Assembly (NCBI GenBank): GCA_016186795.1
Contig: JACPKY010000002.1
Location: 90,593 to 154,592 of the forward strand
Reading direction: 5' to 3'
Origin: Candidatus Gottesmanbacteria bacterium
Lineage (GTDB): Bacteria > Patescibacteriota > Microgenomatia > 2-02-FULL-39-11
DNA length: 64,000 bases
The stretch's first letter is position 1; each line of letters starts with the position of its first letter. Positions 23,066 to 31,945 of this stretch are shown here, one piece after another. A program made the position numbers and the translations under genes. The notes under the pieces are model-generated. The model was not told the origin of the DNA. It saw only the letters and a list, made by a program, of their open reading frames with translations, and searched no databases.

Positions 23066-23851
23066 ATGGTTATCTCGGCAATTGTTTTTTTCATAGGTAC
23101 CCTCATAGGTTCATTTCTCAACGTTGTGATTGATCGAATTCCCGCCAATCGATCGATCATCAGAGGGAGATCTCACTGTGATTTTTGTAAACATGTACTT
23201 GGTCCACGCGATTTAGTCCCTATTATCTCGTTTCTTCTCCTGAGGGGGCGATGCCGTTTCTGTCACAAAAAGATATCCGTCCAGTATCCTCTGGTTGAAC
23301 TATTCACAGGCAGTCTTTTTCTAGGAGTATTTGCAACATACGTTACCTCGCAGTACCTAAGCGTAAAAGGTCTTTTCATCCAACTTCTCCCCTCTTGGGT
23401 TCTTATCTCGTGTTTCATTGTGATTTTTGTTACCGATTTAAAGTATACCCTCATTCCTGATGAGGTAATTATCCTTTCGGGAATTGCCGCTTTCATTCTC
23501 ATAGGAGGAAGTGGAGATGGGAGGGCAATTTGGGAAAATCTGGTTTCCGGCGGGATTTTTTCCTTGATATTTTTTTTTCTCTTTTTCATAACGCGTGGAA
23601 AAGGCATGGGATTTGGCGATGTGAAACTGTCGTTCGTATTAGGACTTATCTTGGGACTACCCAGGATAATAATTGCCTTTTATCTCTCTTTCTTGACAGG
23701 AGCCATTGTTTCTTTGATACTGTTACTACAGGGGAAAAAGAAACTAAAAAGTACAATTCCGTTCGGACCGTTTCTCGTGGTCGGAACTGTAATTGCGTAT
23801 GTTTGGGGGGATACATTATGGGTTTTGTTTAAACGGATTGTTGGGATATGA
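23066..23851 (+). CDS. pilD: prepilin peptidase PilD (A24 family)
   Basis: An N-terminal Zn-binding CxxC...CxxC (CDFC...CRFC) is present. It has about 8 TM helices and the catalytic Asp blocks of A24 peptidases. It is immediately followed by the pilin array. Confidence 0.9.
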   Translation: MVISAIVFFIGTLIGSFLNVVIDRIPANRSIIRGRSHCDFCKHVLGPRDLVPIISFLLLRGRCRFCHKKISVQYPLVELFTGSLFLGVFATYVTSQYLSVKGLFIQLLPSWVLISCFIVIFVTDLKYTLIPDEVIILSGIAAFILIGGSGDGRAIWENLVSGGIFSLIFFFLFFITRGKGMGFGDVKLSFVLGLILGLPRIIIAFYLSFLTGAIVSLILLLQGKKKLKSTIPFGPFLVVGTVIAYVWGDTLWVLFKRIVGI

Positions 23852-24342
23852 ACAAAGAACAAAGAACAAAGAACAAAAAACTGTTCACCGTTCACTGTTC
23901 ACTGTTTACTGATTCCGGTATTACTCTTGTTGAACTTCTTATCGCAATGGCAATTATTACCATACTTGCCGCAGTGTCATTTGGAAACTTTACCAGTACG
24001 CTTATCAAAGGAAGGGACTCGCGAAGAAAACAGGATTTGGAAGCAATTGGGAAGGCGGTTGAGCTTTACTATAATGATATGAAGGCATACCCAACGAGTA
24101 TACCAGCAGGAGGAACTTCGTTCGTCAATCCAAATGACGGGACTGTCATTTATATGCAGAAAATTCCAACTGATCCCCAGAATGCGACAACGCAGTATTG
24201 TCTACTCTCTACCGATGGGACATATTTTCAACTTTACACTCGATTGGAAAATCAGAACGATCCAAGTCTTATTCCGACCATTACGTGCAATTCCATCAAT
24301 GGTTATAACTACGGTCTATCAAGTCCGAATACAACACCATGA
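23848..24342 (+). CDS. pilin/pseudopilin with prepilin-type N-terminus
   Basis: The leader MNKEQRTKNKKLFTVHCSLFTDSG is followed by ITLVELLIAMAIITILAAV (hydrophobic alpha1 with Glu+5). Confidence 0.75.
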   Translation: MNKEQRTKNKKLFTVHCSLFTDSGITLVELLIAMAIITILAAVSFGNFTSTLIKGRDSRRKQDLEAIGKAVELYYNDMKAYPTSIPAGGTSFVNPNDGTVIYMQKIPTDPQNATTQYCLLSTDGTYFQLYTRLENQNDPSLIPTITCNSINGYNYGLSSPNTTP

Positions 24343-24896
24343 AGAAAAAAATCCCAAATCCCAAATTCCAAATCCCAAATACATTACAAATTCCAAATTC
24401 TAGACATTGGAAATTGAAAATTGAAAATTGGAAATTCCTGGCGGAGCCAGGCTTTACTCTCATTGAACTTTTGGTTGTGATTGCGGTCTTGGCTTTCCTT
24501 TCGGCTCTTCTTCTTCCAAATTTCGTAAGTACCAGGCAGCGTGGTCGAGATGTGCAGCGAAAATCAGATCTCAAGCAAATCCAGAGTGCCCTTGAATTAT
24601 ATAAACTTGACCAAAGTCCGCTTATCTATCCTTCGAGCATGCCTGTTAGTCTTTGTGGTAAGTGCTGGACTTCAGGAGGATCGGGTGCAACGTGTCCATC
24701 TGGCAATGTCTACATCCGTAAATTTCCATGTGATCCGAAAGCTTTGACAACGCCAACACCGTATGTATATGCACGAGATAGTGGAGACTCCTTAAAATAT
24801 ACGCTCTCTTCGTGTTTAGAGAATCCTGCCGATAGCGATCGGGATCAAACATCAGTGTGTGGTACAGATGCTAGTTATACTGTTGCCGAACCATAG
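24339..24896 (+). CDS. pilin/pseudopilin with prepilin-type N-terminus and long repeat-encoded leader
   Basis: ...KFLAEPG|FTLIELLVVIAVLAFL carries a prepilin motif. The leader is 38 aa and built of IPN-K-Q heptad repeats. Confidence 0.75.
   Translation: MKKKIPNPKFQIPNTLQIPNSRHWKLKIENWKFLAEPGFTLIELLVVIAVLAFLSALLLPNFVSTRQRGRDVQRKSDLKQIQSALELYKLDQSPLIYPSSMPVSLCGKCWTSGGSGATCPSGNVYIRKFPCDPKALTTPTPYVYARDSGDSLKYTLSSCLENPADSDRDQTSVCGTDASYTVAEP
24347..24437 (+). repeat. degenerate heptanucleotide tandem repeat (AAATYCC-like) encoding a pilin leader
   Basis: The sequence is aaatccc aaatccc aaattcc aaatccc aaataca ..., then attggaaattgaaaattgaaaattggaaattcc. The 30-mer recurs at 25856-25888. Confidence 0.8.
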
Positions 24897-24907
24897 GAGG
24901 AAACTAT

Positions 24908-25354
24908 ATGAAAATTCCAAATCTCAAATATCAAATCCCATGTAAATTTCAAGTATCCAGGAAATTCCAGCCTCTGGCTGGTTTTACTCTCCTTGAGCTT
25001 TTGGTTGTGATATCAATTTTGGCAATTCTTATCACTCTTGCTCTTACGTCATTTTCAACCGCTCAGAAAAAGGGGAGAGATGCCAAAAGAAAAAGTGATG
25101 TCCGAGAAATTCAAAGTGCTCTAGAGCAATACTATAGTGTATGCGGGTATAAATATCCGACTCCCACAAATTTCTATTCTGTGGGCATTTACTGTAATAG
25201 TCCGTCAATTGGGATTCTCCCAACTGTTCCTACTGATCCCAAGGGTACTCCCCCATATTACTGTGGAGGGACATGTGATAATTCAGGGTTCCAGGTATGT
25301 GCAGTACTCGAGGCAGAGTCGCCAACTGGATTTTGCGTATCAAATCAACAATGA
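24908..25354 (+). CDS. pilin/pseudopilin with prepilin-type N-terminus
   Basis: ...KFQPLAG|FTLLELLVVISILAIL carries a prepilin motif. Confidence 0.75.
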   Translation: MKIPNLKYQIPCKFQVSRKFQPLAGFTLLELLVVISILAILITLALTSFSTAQKKGRDAKRKSDVREIQSALEQYYSVCGYKYPTPTNFYSVGIYCNSPSIGILPTVPTDPKGTPPYYCGGTCDNSGFQVCAVLEAESPTGFCVSNQQ

Positions 25355-25794
25355 GAACAAAAAACAAAAATCTGTTTTCTGATTCCGGGTTTACTCTAAT
25401 TGAGCTTCTTGTTGCTTCAACAATTATAGCACTTTTATCAACGATTGGTTTTACCAGTTTTCAGGCCTTAACTCGAAACGGACGAGATGCTCTTCGAAAA
25501 ACTGATCTTGAACAAGTCAGGTCAGCTCTTGAAATTTACAAATCTGAGAACGGAAGTTACCCGACACCGACTGTAACGTGTGTTCCAGCTCTTCCTTCAA
25601 GTTATATATCCTATCCATCAGATCCGAAATCACCAACTTACCGTTACTGTTACGATTGGACAAGTGCTCTTCAGTATAAACTGTGTGCCCATTTGGAAAA
25701 TGGAGATCCTTCTCAGGATTATGAATGTGATGGTAATGGAGGGACGACGGATGATTGTACCGATAACTGTAACTACAAGGTAACAAACCCATAA
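25352..25794 (+). CDS. pilin/pseudopilin with prepilin-type N-terminus
   Basis: The start is trimmed to MRTKNKNLFSDSG|FTLIELLVASTIIALL. The longer ORF upstream overlaps the preceding pilin gene. Confidence 0.7.
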
Positions 25795-26406
25795 ATGGAA
25801 ATCCCAAATTCCAAATCTCAACGTTCAAATAAATCTCAATTATCAAAATCCAGATATTGGAAATTGAAAATTGAAAATTGGAAATTCCAGCCTCTGGCTG
25901 GTTTTACCCTCATAGAACTGATTGTTTCCATCTCTGTTATTTTCATCTTAGTAGGGATGACATTTGCCGGCTTTGCCAGCTTGAATCAGAGACAAACTCT
26001 TCTATCTTCTGGCCAAACAGTGAAAAATATGTTGCGTGATGCACAGAGCCGTGCTATAAACGGGGAGGTTGACTGTTCCGTTTGTAACTGTTCCCAAGGA
26101 TCAACGATACTTTCCGGATGGTATGCAGATTTTGATTCCCGCACTATTTATGGGAAATGTGGAACAAATGTGTTTCCAACAGCCGGTCAGCCATTTGGAG
26201 TATCGGTGGAAATTACGATTGTTCCACACCTTACTCCTCCTACGGTTTTGACGTTCAAATCATATCCACCTGGAACTGACCAAAAAGCAACAATCTGCAT
26301 GTCGCAAACAAATCTTGCCGATCAATACTATGTTATTCGGGTAGGTCAGGGTGGAGAGATAAGTGATGATGGAAGGTTAGTTGCGTCGTGTGAGCCAACA
26401 CCATGA
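25795..26406 (+). CDS. minor pilin-like protein with long repeat-encoded leader
   Basis: ...WKLKIENWKFQPLAG|FTLIELIVSISVIFIL carries a prepilin motif. It shares a near-identical 30-nt leader segment with the gene at 24339. Confidence 0.65.
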   Translation: MEIPNSKSQRSNKSQLSKSRYWKLKIENWKFQPLAGFTLIELIVSISVIFILVGMTFAGFASLNQRQTLLSSGQTVKNMLRDAQSRAINGEVDCSVCNCSQGSTILSGWYADFDSRTIYGKCGTNVFPTAGQPFGVSVEITIVPHLTPPTVLTFKSYPPGTDQKATICMSQTNLADQYYVIRVGQGGEISDDGRLVASCEPTP

Positions 26407-26873
26407 AGAGAAATTTTCAATTTAATGAAAACGGTCAGACTATTCTTGAGGTTCTTATTGCTCTTGCTCTCATAATCCTTTTTTTATCTGGAGTAATTAT
26501 TGTTGAGCTTTTCTCCTTACGAAATGCTCAGTATGCACAGAATAAGAGTATTGCAACACACCTTGCCAGACAGCAGTTGGAGCGGGCGCGGGTTGTTCGA
26601 GATACGGCAGGAATTGATGCCTTAAGTATCTGTACGTCTGCTAATCCCTGCTTTATAAATCCGAGCCTTACGCCGACTCAAGTCCTTCCGACTGGAACGT
26701 ATGAACAGCAATTGGTTGTTACCGATGCCACGGTAACTGAGTGTCCCCTTCCGACGGTAACACCCCCTCCGGTCAATTACAAGGCAAGTGTAACTATTTC
26801 ATGGGCACAAGGAGCACAGCTAACACCCGCACCAGAAGTCTCGTTATCCACATGCATTACTGATTGGAGATGA
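26403..26873 (+). CDS. pseudopilin-like protein
   Basis: NENGQ|TILEVLIALALIILF is a degenerate prepilin N-terminus that keeps Glu+5. Confidence 0.5.
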   Translation: MKRNFQFNENGQTILEVLIALALIILFLSGVIIVELFSLRNAQYAQNKSIATHLARQQLERARVVRDTAGIDALSICTSANPCFINPSLTPTQVLPTGTYEQQLVVTDATVTECPLPTVTPPPVNYKASVTISWAQGAQLTPAPEVSLSTCITDWR

Positions 26874-26874
26874 A

Positions 26875-27417
26875 ATGAAAAGTCAAAAGGCCGGCTTTAC
26901 CCTCATTGAACTAATGATTGTTATCACTCTCGTAGGGATTATTGGAACAATCACCACCCAGGTATTTTTGATTAATGTTCGTTCTCAAAACAAAAGCGAG
27001 ATTGTGAAAGAAGTCAAACAAAACGGTGATTACGCCTCTGCAGCAATGGAGATCATGATCAGAAATGCCATCGATGTGCCTTCTTTACAGTGTAATGCGC
27101 AAGCTGCCGATCAGCTAACCATCACGAACCAGGATGGCAATTCGACAACGTTTGACTGTTCTGATGATATTAAAATTGCATCAATAAGTAGCACGTTTCC
27201 CTCTTTGCCTCAGTCATTGACAAGTTCAAAAGTCAAAGTGACGGGTTGCTTTTTCAAAATTATCTGTCCTACTCCCCCACTCTCCCCAAAATATGTCTAT
27301 ATGGGCTTTCGAGTGTGCCAGACAGGAGACGATCCGTGTCCTGGTGGCACAAATTTTTCCGTCGATACCCGGGCGTCGTTGGAATACGAGACAACGGTGA
27401 CACTACGAAATTATTGA
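26875..27417 (+). CDS. pilin/pseudopilin with prepilin-type N-terminus
   Basis: MKSQKAG|FTLIELMIVITLVGIIG carries a prepilin motif with a short leader. Confidence 0.7.
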   Translation: MKSQKAGFTLIELMIVITLVGIIGTITTQVFLINVRSQNKSEIVKEVKQNGDYASAAMEIMIRNAIDVPSLQCNAQAADQLTITNQDGNSTTFDCSDDIKIASISSTFPSLPQSLTSSKVKVTGCFFKIICPTPPLSPKYVYMGFRVCQTGDDPCPGGTNFSVDTRASLEYETTVTLRNY

Positions 27418-27555
27418 TACGTGCTTCTTGACAAAACTATAGGATAGTGATATAGTTTGATGGACCAATGAATACCCACTTTTTTTATTACGAGAGCATC
27501 TTTGAGAGGATCTTTTTCCAAGATCTTCTTTTTACAAGAAGATATACATCAAACT

Positions 27556-27584
27556 AACCTGCAGTAAGTGCAGGTTTTTATTTA
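27556..27584 (+). terminator. rho-independent terminator ending the pilD-pilin operon
   Basis: ACCTGCAgtaagTGCAGGT is a 7-bp stem, followed by TTTTTATTT. Confidence 0.5.
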
Positions 27585-27603
27585 GTGACCGTAAAACCAC
27601 GAT

Positions 27604-29844
27604 ATGCACGAAGGTGATCCAACACAAGGACCTGGTATACTAGATAGAATGGGAGAAGGCGGAATATCACCAGACATGGTAGGGCCGGAATTTGTCCGTC
27701 TTCAAGCACTCCAGGAATTGGGACTTCCTGAGAAAGCGGATGTTGTTCCCTACTCAGTTGGTAGATGGGGAAAAGATGCATCGACTGGACTTCTGTTAGC
27801 TTTGGGAGCAGGAGTCGCTTCTTCTGGTACTAGATCCGGTGATCCATCTTCTTCAGATGGTGGTGGAAATGACTCTACCCAATCTGTCCGTCGTCCTGAT
27901 GGTATAGTATCAAGAAGAGGATTCTTAGGATTGGTTGCTACCGCTTCGGCTGCAGCAGCATTGGCTGCTTGCACTTCACCCGCTCAACGAACCCAAGCCT
28001 CGGCTCCTGTTCCTGAAGGCGGTAATCCCCCAGTTCCTCCTGGTCCTACCCCAACGATTGAAATTAAGACGGGCGCTGTTGCAAGTTTGGAGAAGGATTT
28101 TGATACATCAGACGAAACTGAACTTCTGAATAGTATTCGTCAACATTTTTCCCAACAACTGGATGCTTTACGAGCGCAATTTCCTCAAGAAAGAATTCCC
28201 TCAATGCGACTTTCCGTCAATACGACTGAACTTTTAGAAAATGGTAAACATGGATTATCAATTGAGCTTACTGAAATTGAAGGGAAAAGAAAATATGCAT
28301 ACTTTGGATATGATACGAATGGGCAGGGAGGAGCTTGGGTTTCACTCCCTCAGGATGTTACCTATTACACTGATCCTGACGGAAATTACTATAGTGACCG
28401 ATTTGATAGTACGAGTACTCGTTGGCAGCCGATTTTCCAGGATAATGATGGAAATATTTTCCGAAACAGACTTGGAATGTTGGTAGGATTAGGTTCAAAT
28501 GAGATAAAACTGGGGATAACCGAAAATTCTGCTGCTACATCTCAATTTCTCACGAGGGTTGGGGCACGTCTGCATGATTTCGTTCGGGATGAAGTCTTTC
28601 TTCAAGGGGGAAATTCTCAGAGAATATATGACGAACGGGCAAATAATGCTACATTTCTTATGAAAGTAAAGTATGATACAAGATTAAAGCAGTTATATGG
28701 CGTTATCGAGCGGACACGCATTTGGAACGGTCAAGAAACAAGGGAAATCTTCATCGTCCGGCAAGACGGTCAGTTTTTCCAAATCAAGCCGTTGGCGAAA
28801 GGTCCAGGAGGCGAAGAGTACGGATACCGACTCAATCGCCAGAGTGGTCTTATCGAAGTAGTACGGAATGGTGAGCAGCAAGGTGAGGTAAAGGACTTTG
28901 ATAATACTGGAGAGGCACGGACAAATATTGCCGGTGTAAGCACTATTCAACAGCAAGAAGAACTGCCTACTCCACCACCTCAACCAAATACTCCAGAGCC
29001 GACAGCAACAATTCAAGTTGTACTACAGGCTACAGCAGTCCCGACAGCAACAGTTGAACCAATAAAAACACCGGAGCCGGAGATCGATCCCCATCCATAC
29101 TCAGTTGTTCGTACTATAGATTATGGTAGTCTTGATAGTTCATTGTTTAATAATGGAATAGAACAACAAGGATATTATGTGTCAAGTCCACCATTCCAAA
29201 ATGAACAATCATTTGCCGAAATTATTGATGATCCTACAGGGCAATTTGGTGGAAAAGTTGTTCATGCAGTTATAAAAGGACCACCTCCTCCTCATGATAC
29301 AAAAAAGTGGGGACCAGCACATCGTGATTATTATGGATTTGATCCTGCTGATTTGGAACAAAACGGCTCGTATGCAGTAGAATTTGACCACCTAGTAGTT
29401 CCTACCAAACAAGTCCTGAAAGCCACTGGGAATGGTCCAGATGCATGGAACAGTGTTATCTCCTTAGGAGTGGTGGATAAGAACCAAGGGGGGTGGCCAT
29501 ATAGAGTTGTTGCTGGAGTTGATTTAGTTACAGTTGGTCCATATCCCCATCTTCGTCCTTATGCAGTATATCCTGATGGTATTTCCCGGATAGTTGATTT
29601 TAAGGACGGTCAACCAGAATTCCATTTTGGTATAAAGACTAAGATTCGAGTTGAACTGGTTGATATGGGAGACAGTCAGCGTGTATATATTTTTCAAGAC
29701 GGAGTTTTTGTAGGAGAAACGAGATTAAGATTACCCCCCGGTGTTAAATTATCACAAGGAAACATAAGGACTCCGGGAGGGTACGCGGGAGCGGCGGTTA
29801 CCGATCTTGAATCTTACTCAGGTGAAGTGAAAATACTTAGTTAA
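27604..29844 (+). CDS. large secreted protein with internal twin-arginine-like signal and Pro-rich linkers
   Basis: SRRGFLGLVATASAAAALAAC (RR motif, hydrophobic core, AxA/C) sits about 100 aa from the ORF start. A PTPPPQPNTPEPTAT linker is present. The gene is visibly GC-richer than its neighbours. No catalytic motif is recognised. Confidence 0.55.
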   Translation: MHEGDPTQGPGILDRMGEGGISPDMVGPEFVRLQALQELGLPEKADVVPYSVGRWGKDASTGLLLALGAGVASSGTRSGDPSSSDGGGNDSTQSVRRPDGIVSRRGFLGLVATASAAAALAACTSPAQRTQASAPVPEGGNPPVPPGPTPTIEIKTGAVASLEKDFDTSDETELLNSIRQHFSQQLDALRAQFPQERIPSMRLSVNTTELLENGKHGLSIELTEIEGKRKYAYFGYDTNGQGGAWVSLPQDVTYYTDPDGNYYSDRFDSTSTRWQPIFQDNDGNIFRNRLGMLVGLGSNEIKLGITENSAATSQFLTRVGARLHDFVRDEVFLQGGNSQRIYDERANNATFLMKVKYDTRLKQLYGVIERTRIWNGQETREIFIVRQDGQFFQIKPLAKGPGGEEYGYRLNRQSGLIEVVRNGEQQGEVKDFDNTGEARTNIAGVSTIQQQEELPTPPPQPNTPEPTATIQVVLQATAVPTATVEPIKTPEPEIDPHPYSVVRTIDYGSLDSSLFNNGIEQQGYYVSSPPFQNEQSFAEIIDDPTGQFGGKVVHAVIKGPPPPHDTKKWGPAHRDYYGFDPADLEQNGSYAVEFDHLVVPTKQVLKATGNGPDAWNSVISLGVVDKNQGGWPYRVVAGVDLVTVGPYPHLRPYAVYPDGISRIVDFKDGQPEFHFGIKTKIRVELVDMGDSQRVYIFQDGVFVGETRLRLPPGVKLSQGNIRTPGGYAGAAVTDLESYSGEVKILS

Positions 29845-29858
29845 CGATTTTTGGGAAG

Positions 29859-30788
29859 CTAGGATAAAAATAGATGAGAAATCGCCTCTGCTAAATACCG
29901 TATCTTTGCTTTCTTATGAAACCAGTGAGTCCGACTCATTAAAATTAATACAGAATAAACTACTAATCTTATACTAAAGCCCCAAAATAATATAATAAAA
30001 CAGATATACACATAGGCAGTCGAATAATATTTCCGTAAGTAATATTTCATACTTCTGATATATATTTTTCCATTCTTCTCCCCATGAAAACTTTGATGTT
30101 CGTAATGGATAGCCTCTGCTGATGGAGTGTATTTAATTTTTAGACCTAAGCTTTGGAATCTTTTACATAAGTCTAAATCTTCAAAATACAAAAAAAAGTT
30201 TTCATCGAATCCTTTCACATCATGAAAGGGTCTCATTCGAATAAGCATACATACTCCACTTACCGCAGAGATGTTTTTCACCCTCATATATAACTTGCGG
30301 TTGGAAAATGAATGTTCAAAGTGAGAAGGGAATAATTTATATACATACGTTTGTTCAAGAAAAATATTTTTAAGATTTACTTCTGGGAGGATCGTATACT
30401 CCAATTTATCTTCATCGGTTAATATTTTGGGAGCAATAATTGCTACATTTTTAATGGACGTATATTCAATTAGATTTTTGAGTAAATTCTTCTTCGCAAT
30501 AGTATCTGGATTAATTATGAAAAACCAGTCACTTTCTACATATCTCGATCCTATATTGATTCCTTTTGCAAAACCTTGATTATCTCTATTTTTAATAAAT
30601 CTAACTTTTAAATTCGGATCTAAATTAATGTTTGCCTCCGAAGTACCATTTAAAACGATAATAAACTTAATTTCTATATTTGCGCATAGCGCTGATTGAT
30701 GGAGGCTTGAGATACAAGAACTAAGATATTTTTTGTCCTCTTCAACTACCAGAATTATTCCGGAAATAAATACATTCTTTTTTTTCAT
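29859..30788 (-). CDS. glycosyltransferase family 2-like
   Basis: It has a GT-A-like N-terminal fold (IIVLNGTSEA...NQGFAKGINIG...IINPD) and a C-terminal TM segment. Confidence 0.5.
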   Translation of the reverse strand: MKKKNVFISGIILVVEEDKKYLSSCISSLHQSALCANIEIKFIIVLNGTSEANINLDPNLKVRFIKNRDNQGFAKGINIGSRYVESDWFFIINPDTIAKKNLLKNLIEYTSIKNVAIIAPKILTDEDKLEYTILPEVNLKNIFLEQTYVYKLFPSHFEHSFSNRKLYMRVKNISAVSGVCMLIRMRPFHDVKGFDENFFLYFEDLDLCKRFQSLGLKIKYTPSAEAIHYEHQSFHGEKNGKIYIRSMKYYLRKYYSTAYVYICFIILFWGFSIRLVVYSVLILMSRTHWFHKKAKIRYLAEAISHLFLS

Positions 30789-31945
30789 GTATTTAGTATA
30801 TTAAGAAACTCAGAGATTCTATTTTGCCAAGAATTTTTTATCGCCTCTTTTTTCCTCATTCTTGCTAGATATTTTGCTTTTTCATTCAATGCTATTTGTG
30901 TATTCCTAATAAATTCTTTGTTATTTTTTGACCAATATAACAATTTTTTTTTGGACAAACTTTTTAGAGCTGGTAATGCAGTAGATACAATTGGTTTTCC
31001 TTTGCATAAATATTCATTTACTTTCACCGGATAAGCATACTTACCATATTTTCCAAGAGAATAGGGTATTATACAGGCTTTAAAGCTCTCGATGTAATTT
31101 GGAATTGTGCTATATTTCTTCTTTCCGAGAAAGTAAAAATTCTTCATCTTATTCAATTTTTTTATTATTTCCTCATTTTGAATATGGAACGTGCCAAGGA
31201 AAACAAATGAAATATTATGAAAATGTTTTAATAGCTTTAGTAATAATTGAAAATTTATCCTCCAATCATATAGTGAACCAATAAAACCGATCCTTGGCTC
31301 CGGAATATAAGAAGTCTTTCTAGAAATCAGTATTGTATTTTTAGAAGAATTCTTTATAAATGGAGAAAGCTCTGCTGGGGTAGTATATAAGATGACTCGA
31401 GTGTGTTTTTTTTTAAAGAGTCTATACAATGGAATGGAAGCCGTAATAACAAGAGATGAGTTTAGAAGAGTTTTCCTTTCTAAAGATTTAAGTTGATTTC
31501 TTTGTAAGTTATTTGACCAATATGGTAATGACATATAATTATCTAAGACATAATAAATTACCCGGTGTGTGCTATTTATTGTATTTAATTGATTAAATAA
31601 ATAAGATATTTCAGGTGTAAAAGAAATAATATTGTATGCTCGATTTGATAAACTAGTTATTGAAGTAAAAATTATATAGTTAAAAACGTGGTTAAGTTTA
31701 TTTATGAGAGGAATATTTCTTCCAAAAGGTAATAGTCCGATGGAATGAAATATTGTAAGATTGGTATTAACTCTCTCTGAGAGTTTTATCTTTCTTAAGA
31801 ATACTAAGACCAAATTTTTGAATCTCGGATATTCAAAACAATGAACTTTCCTGTACCTTGATAAATATTTTGGAAGAGTTTGTTCGATTCTGTCTAAATC
31901 ATTTAAGAAAGGTCCACCCAGTAAAATTACATTATCTTTAATCAT
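30785..31945 (-). CDS. putative glycosyltransferase (GT1-like C-terminal domain)
   Basis: The C-terminal PVKVNEYLCKGKPIVSTALPAL resembles the GT-B donor-binding helix. The rest of the protein is unassigned. Confidence 0.4.
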   Translation of the reverse strand: MIKDNVILLGGPFLNDLDRIEQTLPKYLSRYRKVHCFEYPRFKNLVLVFLRKIKLSERVNTNLTIFHSIGLLPFGRNIPLINKLNHVFNYIIFTSITSLSNRAYNIISFTPEISYLFNQLNTINSTHRVIYYVLDNYMSLPYWSNNLQRNQLKSLERKTLLNSSLVITASIPLYRLFKKKHTRVILYTTPAELSPFIKNSSKNTILISRKTSYIPEPRIGFIGSLYDWRINFQLLLKLLKHFHNISFVFLGTFHIQNEEIIKKLNKMKNFYFLGKKKYSTIPNYIESFKACIIPYSLGKYGKYAYPVKVNEYLCKGKPIVSTALPALKSLSKKKLLYWSKNNKEFIRNTQIALNEKAKYLARMRKKEAIKNSWQNRISEFLNILNT

